From NCBI GenBank assembly GCA_900544285.1, contig UQUT01000005.1:5251-69250 (forward strand): DNA of 64,000 nucleotides, read 5' to 3'. The position numbers were made by a program, and so were the translations under genes. Origin of the DNA: an uncultured Eubacterium sp. (lineage in GTDB: Bacteria; Bacillota; Clostridia; Oscillospirales; CAG-272). The notes below the pieces were generated by a model. The model did no database searches. It had not been told where the DNA came from and worked only from the letters and a program-made list of their open reading frames with translations. Numbering within the stretch: the stretch's first letter is position 1; every line of letters begins with the position of its first letter. Shown piece after piece: positions 10,092-20,216 of the stretch.

Positions 10092-10699
10092 CGGATGTTT
10101 ATATTGTTTGTTCGGACAGGATTTTTCGCCGCATGCTCTGCCTTGAGCTTTCGGAATGCGGAGCGAACGTCATGCCCGAAAAAAGTACTCCCGTTCCGCC
10201 CTGCGCCCTGCTCATCTCGGCGCCGGACGCGGGTAGCGTGACAATTCCGGAGGGCGACTGCCTTTCCGTTGTGTTCGGATATGCGGAGGAGCTTTCGGAT
10301 ATCGGCGGTCTTGACCCGACTGCGGTGCTTTCCAGACCTTTTGACACGGATGAGCTTATGCGCGTGCTCTTCGGCGACAGCGGCTCTTCTTCATCGCCGA
10401 CGATAAGAAAAATCACGGCGACGGGAAGGCTTTCCGTCGACAAAGAAAAGCGCACCGTCGTCTATCACGGGAGCTCATCGCGCCTGACAAAGCGCGAATT
10501 TGCCCTTTTTGAATATCTCTATTCCCGCAGGGGAACGGAGGTATCGCGCAGCGAACTCTATGACAATGTCTGGGGCGGAGGCGACGGAGAAAACGTCGTC
10601 GACGTTTACATCTGCTATCTGCGCGAAAAACTTGAAAACAAATTCGGCATAAAGCTCATACGCACCGTCAGGGGCAAGGGCTATATGTTTGAAGAATAG
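10088..10699 (+). CDS. OmpR/PhoB-type winged-helix DNA-binding protein with a degenerate receiver-like N-terminus
   Basis: C-terminal LTKREFALFEYL...VDVYICYLREKLE...IRTVRGKGYMF matches Trans_reg_C. The N-terminal ~100 aa is receiver-like, but the conserved Lys position reads RPF rather than KPF. The ATG overlaps the parC stop (ATGA). Confidence 0.65.
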   Translation: MTDVYIVCSDRIFRRMLCLELSECGANVMPEKSTPVPPCALLISAPDAGSVTIPEGDCLSVVFGYAEELSDIGGLDPTAVLSRPFDTDELMRVLFGDSGSSSSPTIRKITATGRLSVDKEKRTVVYHGSSSRLTKREFALFEYLYSRRGTEVSRSELYDNVWGGGDGENVVDVYICYLREKLENKFGIKLIRTVRGKGYMFEE

Positions 10700-10706
10700 A
10701 GGAAAA

Positions 10707-11180
10707 ATGAAACCTATCTCCCGTGACGAATATTTTATGAGTATAGCGCTGAGGGAAGCCGAAAAAGCGGCTGAAATCGGCGAGGTTCCCGTCGGGGCGG
10801 TTATTGTCTGCGGAGACAAGATTGTCGCGAGGACACATAACACCCGCGAAACGGACAAAAACGCACTCTGTCACGCGGAGGTGAAGGCAATCGACCTCGC
10901 CTGCAAAAGGCTCGGCGGCTGGAGGCTCTTTATGTGCGAGCTTTATGTCACGCTTGAGCCCTGCCCCATGTGCGCCGGCGCGATAATAAATTCGAGAATA
11001 AAGCGCGTCATTTTCGGCGCAAGGGACGAAAAAGCGGGCGCGGTTGTATCAAGGGAAAAAACGTTCTCACTCGGCTTCAATCACACTCCGGAGGTGACGG
11101 AAGGCGTCATGCGGGAGGAATGTGCCGAAAAGCTATCCCGTTTTTTCTCCGCATTGCGCGAAAAACGGAGAAAACGTTAA
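10707..11180 (+). CDS. tadA: tRNA adenosine(34) deaminase
   Basis: CHAEVKAI and LEPCPMCAGAI deaminase zinc motifs. I prefer the ATG at 10707 (GAGGA RBS) over the TTG at 10689. Confidence 0.85.
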   Translation: MKPISRDEYFMSIALREAEKAAEIGEVPVGAVIVCGDKIVARTHNTRETDKNALCHAEVKAIDLACKRLGGWRLFMCELYVTLEPCPMCAGAIINSRIKRVIFGARDEKAGAVVSREKTFSLGFNHTPEVTEGVMREECAEKLSRFFSALREKRRKR

Positions 11181-11344
11181 AATTCACAGAGAACCGAGCC
11201 GATTTTTGTACCTTTTTGCATGCAAATTGTATTTGACTTTTCGGGTGATGTGTGATAGTATATAAAGTACATCATGACACATATAAAAATCGGTGGGTAG
11301 CACCCGATATTATTCGCAAAGGAAAAAGAAAGGAAGTCCGTCAG

Positions 11345-12655
11345 ATGAAGAAAGAATTCAAACAAATTATACTCATGATCCTGACTGTGGCAATCATCGC
11401 GTCAATCTGCGCATCCGTCATCGGCTGCGGCGGAGGCAACAAGGAAACGTCAACAGACCCCGTGCTTACGCTCAAGCCCCAGACATCGGAAACAACAACA
11501 GTAAACACACCCACGACAACAACTCCGGGTTCAACCGCCCCCATTCAGACAACAGCTCCGACAACAACGACAACAACGACGACGGTCAGACCTCCGGTCA
11601 CAACAAGCCCGATAACTCCTCCCGAAACAGGAGCATACATAAATCCTCTCACAGGACTTAAAACAAGCAAGACCAATCCTTCAAACAAGCGTCCCGTTGC
11701 CATAGTAGTCGACAACATTCAGAACGCTTACAAAAACCAGAAGGGTATCTATCAGGCAGACATTCTTTATGAAGCGCTCGTCGCTCCCGGCATCACGCGT
11801 TACCTCGCCGTAATCGAGGATTACGAATCCGTTAGTGATATTTGCAACGTCCGTTCCGGCAGAGATTATCACATCGACATCGCTCAGGGTCATAACGCAA
11901 TTCTCGTCTGCCACGGCGGTTCCATAAATGAAACATACGATTTCTATGCAAACGTCAAGGCAAGACTCGGCGCGCGCTATGCCTTCGTCGACACAAAGGA
12001 CGAATACATAACAAGCTGGGCAGGCAAGGACTACAGCGATAAATACGGCACAATCCAGAACAAGGGCTCACGTTCCGACCTTCTTTACGATACAGTCGTA
12101 AACGGTTCTGCTCTCAAAGCAATGGTCACGGGCAAGTCCTCCAGATTTGCAAAGAGCGGCGCAGGCTACACAGGTGCACCGAACGGCTTCAAATTCGGAA
12201 CAAGCTCCGCAGTCGCGTCAAACATCTCCGCAAAGACCGTCAAGATCGACTTCACAATGGACAACAACGAGAGCAAGAAGGAAGTCACCTTCAATTATGA
12301 CGCAACCTCCGGAAAATATATCCGTTCGCAGGTTGAAATAAAGGGTACGAACATTTCCGGCGAGGAGCTTTCGTTTACAAACGTTATCTTCCTCGGCGTC
12401 GGCGTGACACAGGGCAAGGGTCCCAAAGAAGACCCGAAGATGGCTTTCATCTCCGTAACGGGAACAGGCAAGGGCTATTACTGCTGCGGCGGTAAAATGA
12501 TTGCCATCAACTGGACAAAAACAGCAAACGGCTCCCTCATCCTCACAACCGAAAGCGGCGCAGAGCTCACTCTCGCGGCAGGCAACACTTACATCGGTTA
12601 CCTTGAAAAGGGCTATGTGAGCGAGTTCCCCGCAAAGGGCTATCACGCAAACTGA
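11345..12655 (+). CDS. DUF3048-family lipoprotein with a Thr/Pro-rich linker
   Basis: Signal peptide plus lipobox (ASVIGC). Thr-rich linker. RPVAIVVDN...ADILYEALVAPGITRYLAVI resembles DUF3048. Start moved to the MKKEFKQ Met. Confidence 0.6.
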   Translation: MKKEFKQIILMILTVAIIASICASVIGCGGGNKETSTDPVLTLKPQTSETTTVNTPTTTTPGSTAPIQTTAPTTTTTTTTVRPPVTTSPITPPETGAYINPLTGLKTSKTNPSNKRPVAIVVDNIQNAYKNQKGIYQADILYEALVAPGITRYLAVIEDYESVSDICNVRSGRDYHIDIAQGHNAILVCHGGSINETYDFYANVKARLGARYAFVDTKDEYITSWAGKDYSDKYGTIQNKGSRSDLLYDTVVNGSALKAMVTGKSSRFAKSGAGYTGAPNGFKFGTSSAVASNISAKTVKIDFTMDNNESKKEVTFNYDATSGKYIRSQVEIKGTNISGEELSFTNVIFLGVGVTQGKGPKEDPKMAFISVTGTGKGYYCCGGKMIAINWTKTANGSLILTTESGAELTLAAGNTYIGYLEKGYVSEFPAKGYHAN

Positions 12656-12662
12656 ACAAATA

Positions 12663-12696
12663 AAAATCCACCCGCAAATCGGGTGGATTTTTTCTT
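12663..12696 (+). terminator. Rho-independent terminator after the DUF3048 gene
   Basis: AAAATCCACCC-gcaaatc-GGGTGGATTTT followed by a T run. Confidence 0.7.
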
Positions 12697-12771
12697 GTCT
12701 GACGAAGCCCGCGCGGCTATCGTACGGCTTTCTTTTCACAACAAAAAATCCCCGCCAGAGCGGGGATTTTT

Positions 12772-14445
12772 TCACATATCAAGAACGATGGGAAGAATCA
12801 TCGGGCGACGCTTTGTTTGCTGATAAATGAATTTGGAAAGGTCGTCCTTTATCTTGCCGCGGATTTGCGGAAAATCGCAGTTTTTGTGATCAAGAGCATC
12901 ATAAACGGAGCCGCGGACGACCTCCTTTATGCTGTCGATAAGCTCGGAGGAGTCCTTCTCGTAAACAAAGCCCCTTGAAACCACCTCAGGTCCGGAGACC
13001 ATATCGCGGATATCAAAATCTATCGCGACTGAAACAACGATAAGTCCGTCCTGCGAGAGATGACGTCTGTCGCTCAGAACAACGTTTCCGACATCGCCGA
13101 CGCCGCTGCCGTCCACCATAACGATACCGCTCGGCACCGTGCCGGCAAATCTTGCGCCCGCAGAGTCAATTTCAAGCACCCTGCCGACATCCATAACGAA
13201 AATATTTTCGGAGGACATACCCATCTGCTCGGCAAGCTCCTTGTGATGATAAAGATGACGGGCTTCACCATGTATCGGCACAAAATATTTCGGTTTCAGT
13301 AGCGCATGAAAAATTTTTATTTCCTCCGCGCATGCGTGACCGGAAACGTGAACCTCGGCGATTGCGTCGTTGAGAACAGTCACTCCTCTTCTGAACAGCT
13401 CGTTTATAATGTTTCCGACGAGCTTTTCGTTGCCCGGTATTGCGGAAGCAGAAATTATCACAAGGTCGGAGGGACCCAGCTCGATTTTATCGTGCATACC
13501 GAAGGTCATTCTGTAAAGCGCGGACATCGGCTCGCCCTGACTGCCCGTTGAGATAATTGTCGTCTTTTCGGGGGGATATTTCTTTATCTCGGAAATGTCG
13601 ACAAGCGCCCCTTCGGGGAATGACATATATCCAAGCTCCTCCGCCGCTCCGACAACGTTTATCATGCTTCTGCCCGTTATGGCAACCTTTCTGCCGTGCT
13701 TATGGGCAATGTCAATCACCTGCTGAACACGGTGAACGTTTGAAGAAAAGGTTGAAATGACTATGCGCTTGTCTTTGTATTCGTCAAAGAAGCGGACAAG
13801 CGACTGCCCGACCTTCTTTTCGGACGGAGTAAAGCCGGGACGCTCAACGTTCGTCGACTCGCACATAAGCAGCTTTACGCCCTCTTTGCCTATCTCGCCG
13901 AGACGCGTAAGGTCTGTCATTTCTCCGTCGACGGGCGTAGCGTCAATTTTGAAGTCGCCGGAGTGGACAACCGTTCCGACGGGGGTTCTTATCGCGACGC
14001 ACACAGCGCCGGCTATCGAATGGTTTACATGAATGAATTCGACGTCAAATATGCCGAGCTTTATTCTTTCTCCTGCGGAAACGCAATGAAGCTCCGGCTT
14101 GAAATCGAAGCGGAATTCCTTGAATTTGTTTTCAAGAATTCCGAGCGTCAGCCTTGTTCCGTAAACGGGGACGTTTATCCTCTGAAGAAGATACGGAACG
14201 CCGCCTATATGGTCCTCGTGACCGTGCGTAAGAATTACGCCCTTTATTTTTTCTCTGTTGTTTACAAGATATGTCACATCGGGAACAACGAGGTCAACTC
14301 CGAGCATGTCGTCGCTCGGGAAGCCGAGACCGCAGTCAATAACGATTATATTGTCGCTGTATTCAAGCACAGTTAGGTTCTTTGCAATCTCGCCGAGACC
14401 TCCCAATGCAAACACTTTCAGTTTTTTAGCTTTTGATCTTGCCAT
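12772..14445 (-). CDS. rnj: Ribonuclease J
   Basis: 557 aa. Metallo-beta-lactamase HGHEDHIGG motif, beta-CASP region and a typical RNase J N-terminus (KVFALGGLGEIAKN). A hairpin with a T run (12738-12772) follows the stop. Confidence 0.9.
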   Translation of the reverse strand: MARSKAKKLKVFALGGLGEIAKNLTVLEYSDNIIVIDCGLGFPSDDMLGVDLVVPDVTYLVNNREKIKGVILTHGHEDHIGGVPYLLQRINVPVYGTRLTLGILENKFKEFRFDFKPELHCVSAGERIKLGIFDVEFIHVNHSIAGAVCVAIRTPVGTVVHSGDFKIDATPVDGEMTDLTRLGEIGKEGVKLLMCESTNVERPGFTPSEKKVGQSLVRFFDEYKDKRIVISTFSSNVHRVQQVIDIAHKHGRKVAITGRSMINVVGAAEELGYMSFPEGALVDISEIKKYPPEKTTIISTGSQGEPMSALYRMTFGMHDKIELGPSDLVIISASAIPGNEKLVGNIINELFRRGVTVLNDAIAEVHVSGHACAEEIKIFHALLKPKYFVPIHGEARHLYHHKELAEQMGMSSENIFVMDVGRVLEIDSAGARFAGTVPSGIVMVDGSGVGDVGNVVLSDRRHLSQDGLIVVSVAIDFDIRDMVSGPEVVSRGFVYEKDSSELIDSIKEVVRGSVYDALDHKNCDFPQIRGKIKDDLSKFIYQQTKRRPMILPIVLDM

Positions 14446-14935
14446 AGCACACCAAGCCCATCCGAAAAAGATGGGATCCTTTCAAATAAATATTATGTAA
14501 TCCGGACAAAAAGCAGTCCACCCCCATAAAAACGGAAAAGTCCTCTTCACGATCCCGTCTTTCTTTGGGGAATATTAAAATAGAGTTTCCGCTTATCTCA
14601 CCGCCGCCGTCCGGCTCGATATACGGAAAAAATATATATAAAATAAAATTACATTTCAAAATTACGGGAATGATATCCACATCCGCGAACCCGAAAAAAA
14701 GGAAAATATATCGGGCGAAAAATATCCGCCGCCGTCCGCGATTGAAAAGTCGCTTATGTAAGTGACCTTATATATTATTATAACACAAAAATTTCCTGTG
14801 GGCAATAGTTTTTTGAAAAAATGACCTCTGTTTTTGATTTTAGCCCGTATTTGCGCACGGAAGGCGTTTTCTGCATAAAAATTTTTTCGGAAGGCAAATA
14901 ATCTTGCATATAAAATTCACGCAGGAGAGCCTTTT

Positions 14936-15199
14936 ATGATAACAAGAGCATATAAAAAGAACATGGTGATCGTCAGCGATATAGAAAGCGACACGGTTGA
15001 AGAAGCATATCTTTTCATACGGGAGGACGCGCCGAGCCCCGATGAAAGCGAGCTTGTGAAGGAAGCAGGACGGATAATCCGCGCCTGCGGCGGAGCAGGA
15101 AAGCCGAAACCGAAATTTCCCGCCGCACTGCTTTGGTTTCTCGCGGGAGTAAGCGTCACGGCACTCGCCGCCTCCGTTATATACCTTTTTATTCTGTGA
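14936..15199 (+). CDS. Hypothetical small protein with a C-terminal transmembrane helix
   Basis: 87 aa. AGGAGA RBS 7 nt upstream. C-terminal hydrophobic helix. No family recognised. Confidence 0.35.
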   Translation: MITRAYKKNMVIVSDIESDTVEEAYLFIREDAPSPDESELVKEAGRIIRACGGAGKPKPKFPAALLWFLAGVSVTALAASVIYLFIL

Positions 15200-15291
15200 C
15201 CCTTTTGTTGACGGCACAGCCCCCTTTTGCATATTATAAAGCAGGGAGGGATTTATTTTCTCCCCATTAAAAAAACAAGGGCGTGAAAACG

Positions 15292-15513
15292 ATGGATAAA
15301 TGCGTCATAACAATACCGTCGCCGACAATGGCGACAAAAGCGGCGCGATTGCTGAGCAAAAGCGGCATAAGCGCAAGATCCGTCCGTCTGAGCCCCGAAA
15401 AAAACAAAAGGGGCTGTACGTCGGGCGTTGCCGTCGGTGATTCCGACTGTGATACCGCAATGCTCATTCTGAAAAGAAACGGCATTGAGTATTCGGGCAC
15501 GGTGACGCTCTGA
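15292..15513 (+). CDS. DUF3343-like small protein (putative S/Se carrier-like)
   Basis: About 73 aa, MDKCVITIPSPTMATKAARLL...GCTSGVAV...AMLILKRNGIEY resembles DUF3343. Lies immediately upstream of a class V aminotransferase. Confidence 0.5.
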   Translation: MDKCVITIPSPTMATKAARLLSKSGISARSVRLSPEKNKRGCTSGVAVGDSDCDTAMLILKRNGIEYSGTVTL

Positions 15514-15532
15514 CGGTCACGGAGACGGCTTT

Positions 15533-16672
15533 ATGATATATCTCGACAACGCCGCCACAACCTTCCCAAAGCCCTCCTCGGTGGTAAGGTCGATGGCGAA
15601 ATGTATAAAGGAATACTGCGGAAACCCCGGAAGGAGCGCGCACGCGCTTGCATTGAAGTCCGCCGAGGCGGTATTTGATACGAGAAGCGGAATATGCGCC
15701 CTTTTCGGAACGTCAAAGCAGGAAAACGTAATTTTTTCATATAACGCGACGCATGCGATAAACAAAGTTCTTTCGGGACTTATACGTCCGGGGGACGGCG
15801 TCATAACAACAAATATGGAGCATAACAGCGTCCGTCGACCCGTGGCAAACATATGTGCCATGCGGGGCGCGGAATATTCCGTTATAAACGCGCTCGCACC
15901 TGATGACGCTCTTATCTCGGAGCTTGAAGCAAAAATCACACCGAGGACGAGAATCGTCGTGACGGTGCACGCGTCAAACATCTGCTCCCTCACCCTTCCG
16001 ATTGCGAAAATCGGGGAGGTCTGCCGCAGGCGAGGGCTGATTTACGTTGTCGACGCGTCGCAAAGCGCGGGAATATACGATATAAATATCCCCCGTGACG
16101 GAATAAGCGTGCTGTGTGCTCCGGGACATAAAGGGCTTTACGGTCCGCAGGGAACGGGCTTTGCCGTTTTCTGTGACGATTTCGATTTTTCTCTTCTTTC
16201 TCCTTCTGAATTCGGCGGGAGCGGCTTTGCTTCCGCCGATATAACGATGGGTCACACGCCTCCCGAATCATACGAGGCGGGGACTGTGAACGTGCCCGGT
16301 ATTGTCGGGCTGGGAGAAGGGATAAAATATATCCGCTCCGTCGGCACGGAAAATATTCTTTCACACGAGAAAAAACTTTTTGCTCTTGCGAGGGATGGAC
16401 TGTCCTCCGTCGACGGGATAAAAATTTATCTGCCGGAAAGGGCGGGCGGAGTTCTGCTTTTCAATTCGGACGGAATGAGCGGCTCAGCACTTTCGGCTTC
16501 TCTTGCGGAAAGCGGCATATGCACCCGCCCGGGGCTTCACTGTGCACCGACGGCTCACACCGCCGTCGGCACGGGTGGCGACGCTGTCCGTATCAGCTTC
16601 TCGGCTTTCACAAAGCCGGAGGATATTTATTCGCTCACCGCAGCTGTCAGACGGATAACAACAGACAACTGA
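15533..16672 (+). CDS. Cysteine desulfurase family protein (aminotransferase class V)
   Basis: 379 aa. IYLDNAATTFP N-terminus, the PLP-Lys region APGHKGLYGPQGTG, and a conserved C-terminal Cys region (RPGLHCAP). Confidence 0.8.
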   Translation: MIYLDNAATTFPKPSSVVRSMAKCIKEYCGNPGRSAHALALKSAEAVFDTRSGICALFGTSKQENVIFSYNATHAINKVLSGLIRPGDGVITTNMEHNSVRRPVANICAMRGAEYSVINALAPDDALISELEAKITPRTRIVVTVHASNICSLTLPIAKIGEVCRRRGLIYVVDASQSAGIYDINIPRDGISVLCAPGHKGLYGPQGTGFAVFCDDFDFSLLSPSEFGGSGFASADITMGHTPPESYEAGTVNVPGIVGLGEGIKYIRSVGTENILSHEKKLFALARDGLSSVDGIKIYLPERAGGVLLFNSDGMSGSALSASLAESGICTRPGLHCAPTAHTAVGTGGDAVRISFSAFTKPEDIYSLTAAVRRITTDN

Positions 16673-16698
16673 AAAGCCGCCCTGAGGCGGCTTTTTGT
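16672..16698. terminator. Bidirectional hairpin terminator between convergent genes
   Basis: AAAAGCCGCC-ctga-GGCGGCTTTTT. Confidence 0.7.
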
Positions 16699-18185
16699 TA
16701 TTTGGGATGATAAAGCTTTTTCGTCTGATACTGAGGCTCGCATGTGACGTTGACGCCGAGCTTTTTGAAGACATTTTCGTCAACTCTCGAAAGGATGACC
16801 GTCGAATGAGCCTCCGTGCATTTCAGCTTTTCAAGCTGGTCAAGTGCCTTTGCGGCAATCGGAGCCGTGACGGCACAGATTGAAAGCGCAATAAGCACTT
16901 CATCCATATGCAGACGGGGGTTCGTATTGCCCATATGCTCCGTTTTGAGCTTCTGAATCGGCTCGATGACAGCGGGAGAGATGAGAAGAATGTCATCATC
17001 TATGCCGGCGAGCTTTTTGAGGGCATTGAGGAGTGCGGCGGCAGACGAGCCGAGGAGAGACGATGTCTTTCCCGTAACTATCGTGCCATCCGGAAGTTCT
17101 ATCGCAACTGCGGGAGCGGAAGTCTCCTCCGCTTTCTTTCTTGCCTCGATTGCGCAGGTGCGGATTTCGGGAGTTATACCGAGTTTGCTCATTATCAGTT
17201 CAAGACGATAGATTTCGTCCTTTCCGCCCATGCCCTGACGTGCCGAGCAGAGAGCATTATAATAACGGCGGACAACCTCCTGCTTTGACGCTTCCCTTAC
17301 CGCATCGTCATCGCATATGCAGTTGCCGACCATATTTACGCCCATATCCGTTGGGCTTTTATAGGGTGAGGAACCGAAAATTTTAGTAAAAATAGTGTTC
17401 AGAACGGGGAAAATTTCTATATCGCGGTTATAGTTTACAGTAGACACGCCGTATGCTTCGAGATGGAACGGGTCTATCATATTGACGTCATCAAGGTCTG
17501 CCGTTGCGGCTTCATAAGCAAGATTGACGGGATGGCTTAAGGGGAGATTCCATATCGGGAATGTTTCAAACTTTGCATAACCGGATTTTATTCCGCGCTT
17601 ACTCTCGTGATACAGCTGTGAAAGGCAGGTTGCCATTTTGCCGCTGCCGGGGCCCGGCGCTGTCACCACTACGAGCGGGCGGGTGGTTTCGACGTATTCG
17701 TTTTTGCCGTAACCCTCGTCCGAAACGATGAGCGGAACGTTCGCGGGGTAATCGGGAATGATATAATGACGGTAAACCTTTATGCCGAGAGAGTCAAGCC
17801 TTTTTGAAAAGTTGACCGCGGCAGGCTGATCCTTGAAATGCGAGATGACAACCGAACCGACGTAAAGCCCGATGCTGCGGAAGGCGTCAATCAAGCGGAG
17901 AGCGTCAAGATCGTATGTGATGCCGAGGTCGCCTCTTATCTTGTTCTTTTCAATGTCGTCTGCGGAGATGACGATGATTATTTCCGCGCTATCCTTGAGT
18001 TTGAGCAGCATTTTGACCTTCGTATCGGGCAAGAAACCCGGAAGGACGCGCGCCGCGTGGAAATCGTCAAACAGCTTGCCGCCGAATTCAAGATAGAGCT
18101 TGCCTCCGAACGAAGCGATACGGTCACGAATGTTTTGCGATTGCATCTGAATGTATTTGTCATTATCAAAGCCGATTTTCTTCAT
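16698..18185 (-). CDS. DUF1846 (UPF0371) family protein
   Basis: [23 protein letters not shown]...[22 protein letters not shown] is typical of DUF1846. I prefer the ATG at 18185 (AAGGGGTG RBS). Confidence 0.65.
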   Translation of the reverse strand: MKKIGFDNDKYIQMQSQNIRDRIASFGGKLYLEFGGKLFDDFHAARVLPGFLPDTKVKMLLKLKDSAEIIIVISADDIEKNKIRGDLGITYDLDALRLIDAFRSIGLYVGSVVISHFKDQPAAVNFSKRLDSLGIKVYRHYIIPDYPANVPLIVSDEGYGKNEYVETTRPLVVVTAPGPGSGKMATCLSQLYHESKRGIKSGYAKFETFPIWNLPLSHPVNLAYEAATADLDDVNMIDPFHLEAYGVSTVNYNRDIEIFPVLNTIFTKIFGSSPYKSPTDMGVNMVGNCICDDDAVREASKQEVVRRYYNALCSARQGMGGKDEIYRLELIMSKLGITPEIRTCAIEARKKAEETSAPAVAIELPDGTIVTGKTSSLLGSSAAALLNALKKLAGIDDDILLISPAVIEPIQKLKTEHMGNTNPRLHMDEVLIALSICAVTAPIAAKALDQLEKLKCTEAHSTVILSRVDENVFKKLGVNVTCEPQYQTKKLYHPK

Positions 18186-18218
18186 AAACACCCCTTGGGA
18201 AAAAATATTACAGCGACA

Positions 18219-18247
18219 ATTATATCATATATTTCGGCACGTTTCCA
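18219..18247 (-). promoter_or_regulatory. Sigma-A type promoter for the DUF1846 gene
   Basis: On the minus strand: TGGAAA, a 17-nt spacer ending in TGa, then TATAAT. Confidence 0.45.
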
Positions 18248-18699
18248 CATATTTTTTCGTTTTTTTCAAAAAATTTTCCCGCAATTTCCGGCGGGAAATT
18301 TTATATTGGAAACAAGCCGCGGAATGCGACGCTTTCCCCGTTTTCCGGCAGCGAAAAACACGCTGTACGTCGCCAAAACTTTCCGAAAACTCGTTTCCCT
18401 TATGCACTTTCTTTTTTGAAAAGAAAGTACGAAAGAAAGCAATTCGGACGTTCCTTCCGAAACCTCCCTGTTGTTCGAGGCGGAACATTTCTGTCACGTC
18501 GGCTTTACCAAAGCAAAGGTGGGAGTACAGTTCGAATCTTGAAGTGCTTTTAATTGTGCGGGTCTTTGTTATCTGCAGTAACGGAGGAAAGCAAGAGGCT
18601 TTTAGCTTCTCTCTTTGAAAGAGAAGGCAATATAAAATTCGCACAAATAAATAACAAAAGCTTCTTTTGCCTTCTTTTCTTCTCGAATTGAAAATCAAA

Positions 18700-18831
18700 A
18701 AGGAGCGGAGATCCGCCCCTTTTATGATAATATAATATTTACACAAAGCAATTTATTAAAGTTTCTTTTGCCTACTTTTCTTTTCAAAGAAAAGTACGGT
18801 GCCTGCTTTTCTTTTCCAAAGAAAAGTAGGT
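18700..18831 (-). repeat. Copy C of the dispersed intergenic repeat family (two hairpin heads plus core), minus orientation, directly after the radA stop
   Basis: The reverse complement reads CCTACTTTTCTTTGGAAAAGAAAAGCAGG, then CCGTACTTTTCTTTGAAAAGAAAAGTAGGCAAAAGAAACTTTAATAAATTGCTTTGTGTAAATATTATATT... This aligns with the copies at 30052 and 60153. Confidence 0.7.
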
Positions 18832-20216
18832 CATTTGAGGATTGTCAGGACTTCAAATATGCTCTTTATGGGGATAAGCGTAACGCCGTCCGGCACCTTG
18901 CGGACAGCCTTTGCCGAGCGTGACGGCAGGATTATTTTCTTAAAACCCAGCCTTGCCGCCTCCGTAACTCTGCTTTCGATATGCGAAACGGCGCGAACCT
19001 CGCCGGAAAGTCCGAGCTCGCCTATGCAAAGAAGCTCGTCCGGAACGGGAATATCACGCACGGAGGAGATCAGCGCGAGCGCAACGCCGACGTCAGACGC
19101 GGTTTCCTCAATTCTTATGCCGCCGATAACGTTCAGGTAAACGTCAACAGAGGAAAAACGCAAGCCGAGCCGCTTTTCAAGCACGGCAAGGATGAGCGCC
19201 GCGCGATTGTAATCAATACCGTTTGACGTTCTTCTCGGCGCGGGGAAAACGGTGTTTGTTGCAAGCGCCTGAATCTCCGCAACAATGGGTCGCGTCCCTT
19301 CCACAACGCAAACGGCGCAGTTGCCCGAAACGTTCTGCGGGCGGTCGGAAAGGAGCATGGCGGAGGGGTTGTCCACCTCGCGGAGTCCTTCGTCCGTCAT
19401 TTCAAAAACGCCTATTTCGTTTGTTGAGCCGAAACGGTTCTTTATCGCGCGGATAAGCCGGCAGTTCTGCCTGCGCTCGCCCTCAAAATAGAGCACGGTA
19501 TCAACCATATGTTCAAGCACCTTGGGCCCCGCAATGCTGCCCTCTTTTGTGACGTGACCCACCAGAATTACCGATGTGCCCTCGGTTTTTGCCGTGTTTA
19601 TAAACATCGAAGCGCACTCGCGTATCTGCGTTATGCTGCCTGGGATTGTCGTGCTTTCCGTGTGATACATTGTCTGAATGGAATCGACTATTATCATATC
19701 CGGAGAGAGCTTTTTTGCACTTTCAAGTATCTTTTCGACATTTGTTTCCGTCAGCAGATAGACGCTTTTGCTCTTTATGCCGAGCCGCTTTGCACGCAGG
19801 GAGATCTGCGCCACGGATTCCTCGCCGGAAACGTAAAGCACCGTTTTCTCCTTGGACATTTCGGCGCATATCTGAAGGAGCAGAGTCGACTTTCCTATTC
19901 CCGGCTCGCCGGAAAGCAGTATGACCGAGCCGCAGACAAGCCCCCCGCCGAGGACTCTGTCAAACTCGCCAACGCCTGTCGACGAGCGCATATATTCGGG
20001 AATGTTTCCCTCTCCGAGAAGCACCGGCTCACTGTTTTCGCTCGCACGGACAAGCATATTCTGCCGTCCCGCACCCTTTTTCGGTTCCGTGACGGGCGCC
20101 TCATAGGTTTCCTCCGTCATTGTGTTCCACGCGCCGCACGACGGACAGCGACCGAGCCATTTTGCGCTCTGATAGTCGCATTCCGAGCACACATAGACCG
20201 TTTTCTGACCTTTCAA
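18831..20216 (-). CDS. radA: DNA repair protein RadA
   Basis: Zn ribbon CSECDYQSAKWLGRCPSCGAWNT, Walker A GEPGIGKST, KNRFG motif and a Lon-like C-terminus. My start is the TTG at 20216-20214, 4 nt after GGAGGAAG. The longer track ORF would overlap the upstream amidase by 150 nt. Confidence 0.85.
   Translation of the reverse strand: MKGQKTVYVCSECDYQSAKWLGRCPSCGAWNTMTEETYEAPVTEPKKGAGRQNMLVRASENSEPVLLGEGNIPEYMRSSTGVGEFDRVLGGGLVCGSVILLSGEPGIGKSTLLLQICAEMSKEKTVLYVSGEESVAQISLRAKRLGIKSKSVYLLTETNVEKILESAKKLSPDMIIVDSIQTMYHTESTTIPGSITQIRECASMFINTAKTEGTSVILVGHVTKEGSIAGPKVLEHMVDTVLYFEGERRQNCRLIRAIKNRFGSTNEIGVFEMTDEGLREVDNPSAMLLSDRPQNVSGNCAVCVVEGTRPIVAEIQALATNTVFPAPRRTSNGIDYNRAALILAVLEKRLGLRFSSVDVYLNVIGGIRIEETASDVGVALALISSVRDIPVPDELLCIGELGLSGEVRAVSHIESRVTEAARLGFKKIILPSRSAKAVRKVPDGVTLIPIKSIFEVLTILK

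Noticed and set aside
14446-14935. The ~490-bp region upstream of RNase J as a riboswitch or ncRNA. It includes the hairpin CCCATC-tttttcg-GATGGG close to the start codon.
   Set aside because: I saw only generic hairpins. I recognised no conserved motif and cannot assess covariation without homologues. It may simply be a structured 5' UTR plus the divergent promoter of the 14936 ORF.
18518-18545. tRNA-like fragment (GGTGGGAGTACAGTTCGAATCTTGAAG resembles a T-arm GTTCGAATC).
   Set aside because: The flanking bases do not form a T stem, and no acceptor, D or anticodon arms can be drawn. It is probably a chance match or a very decayed remnant.
18151-18746. ORFs 18151-18618 (+, 155 aa) and 18225-18746 (-, 173 aa) as protein-coding genes.
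   Set aside because: They mutually overlap on opposite strands, are Lys/Phe/Arg-rich and driven by the A/T-rich palindromic repeats, have no RBS and cross a predicted promoter and hairpins. I treat the region as non-coding.
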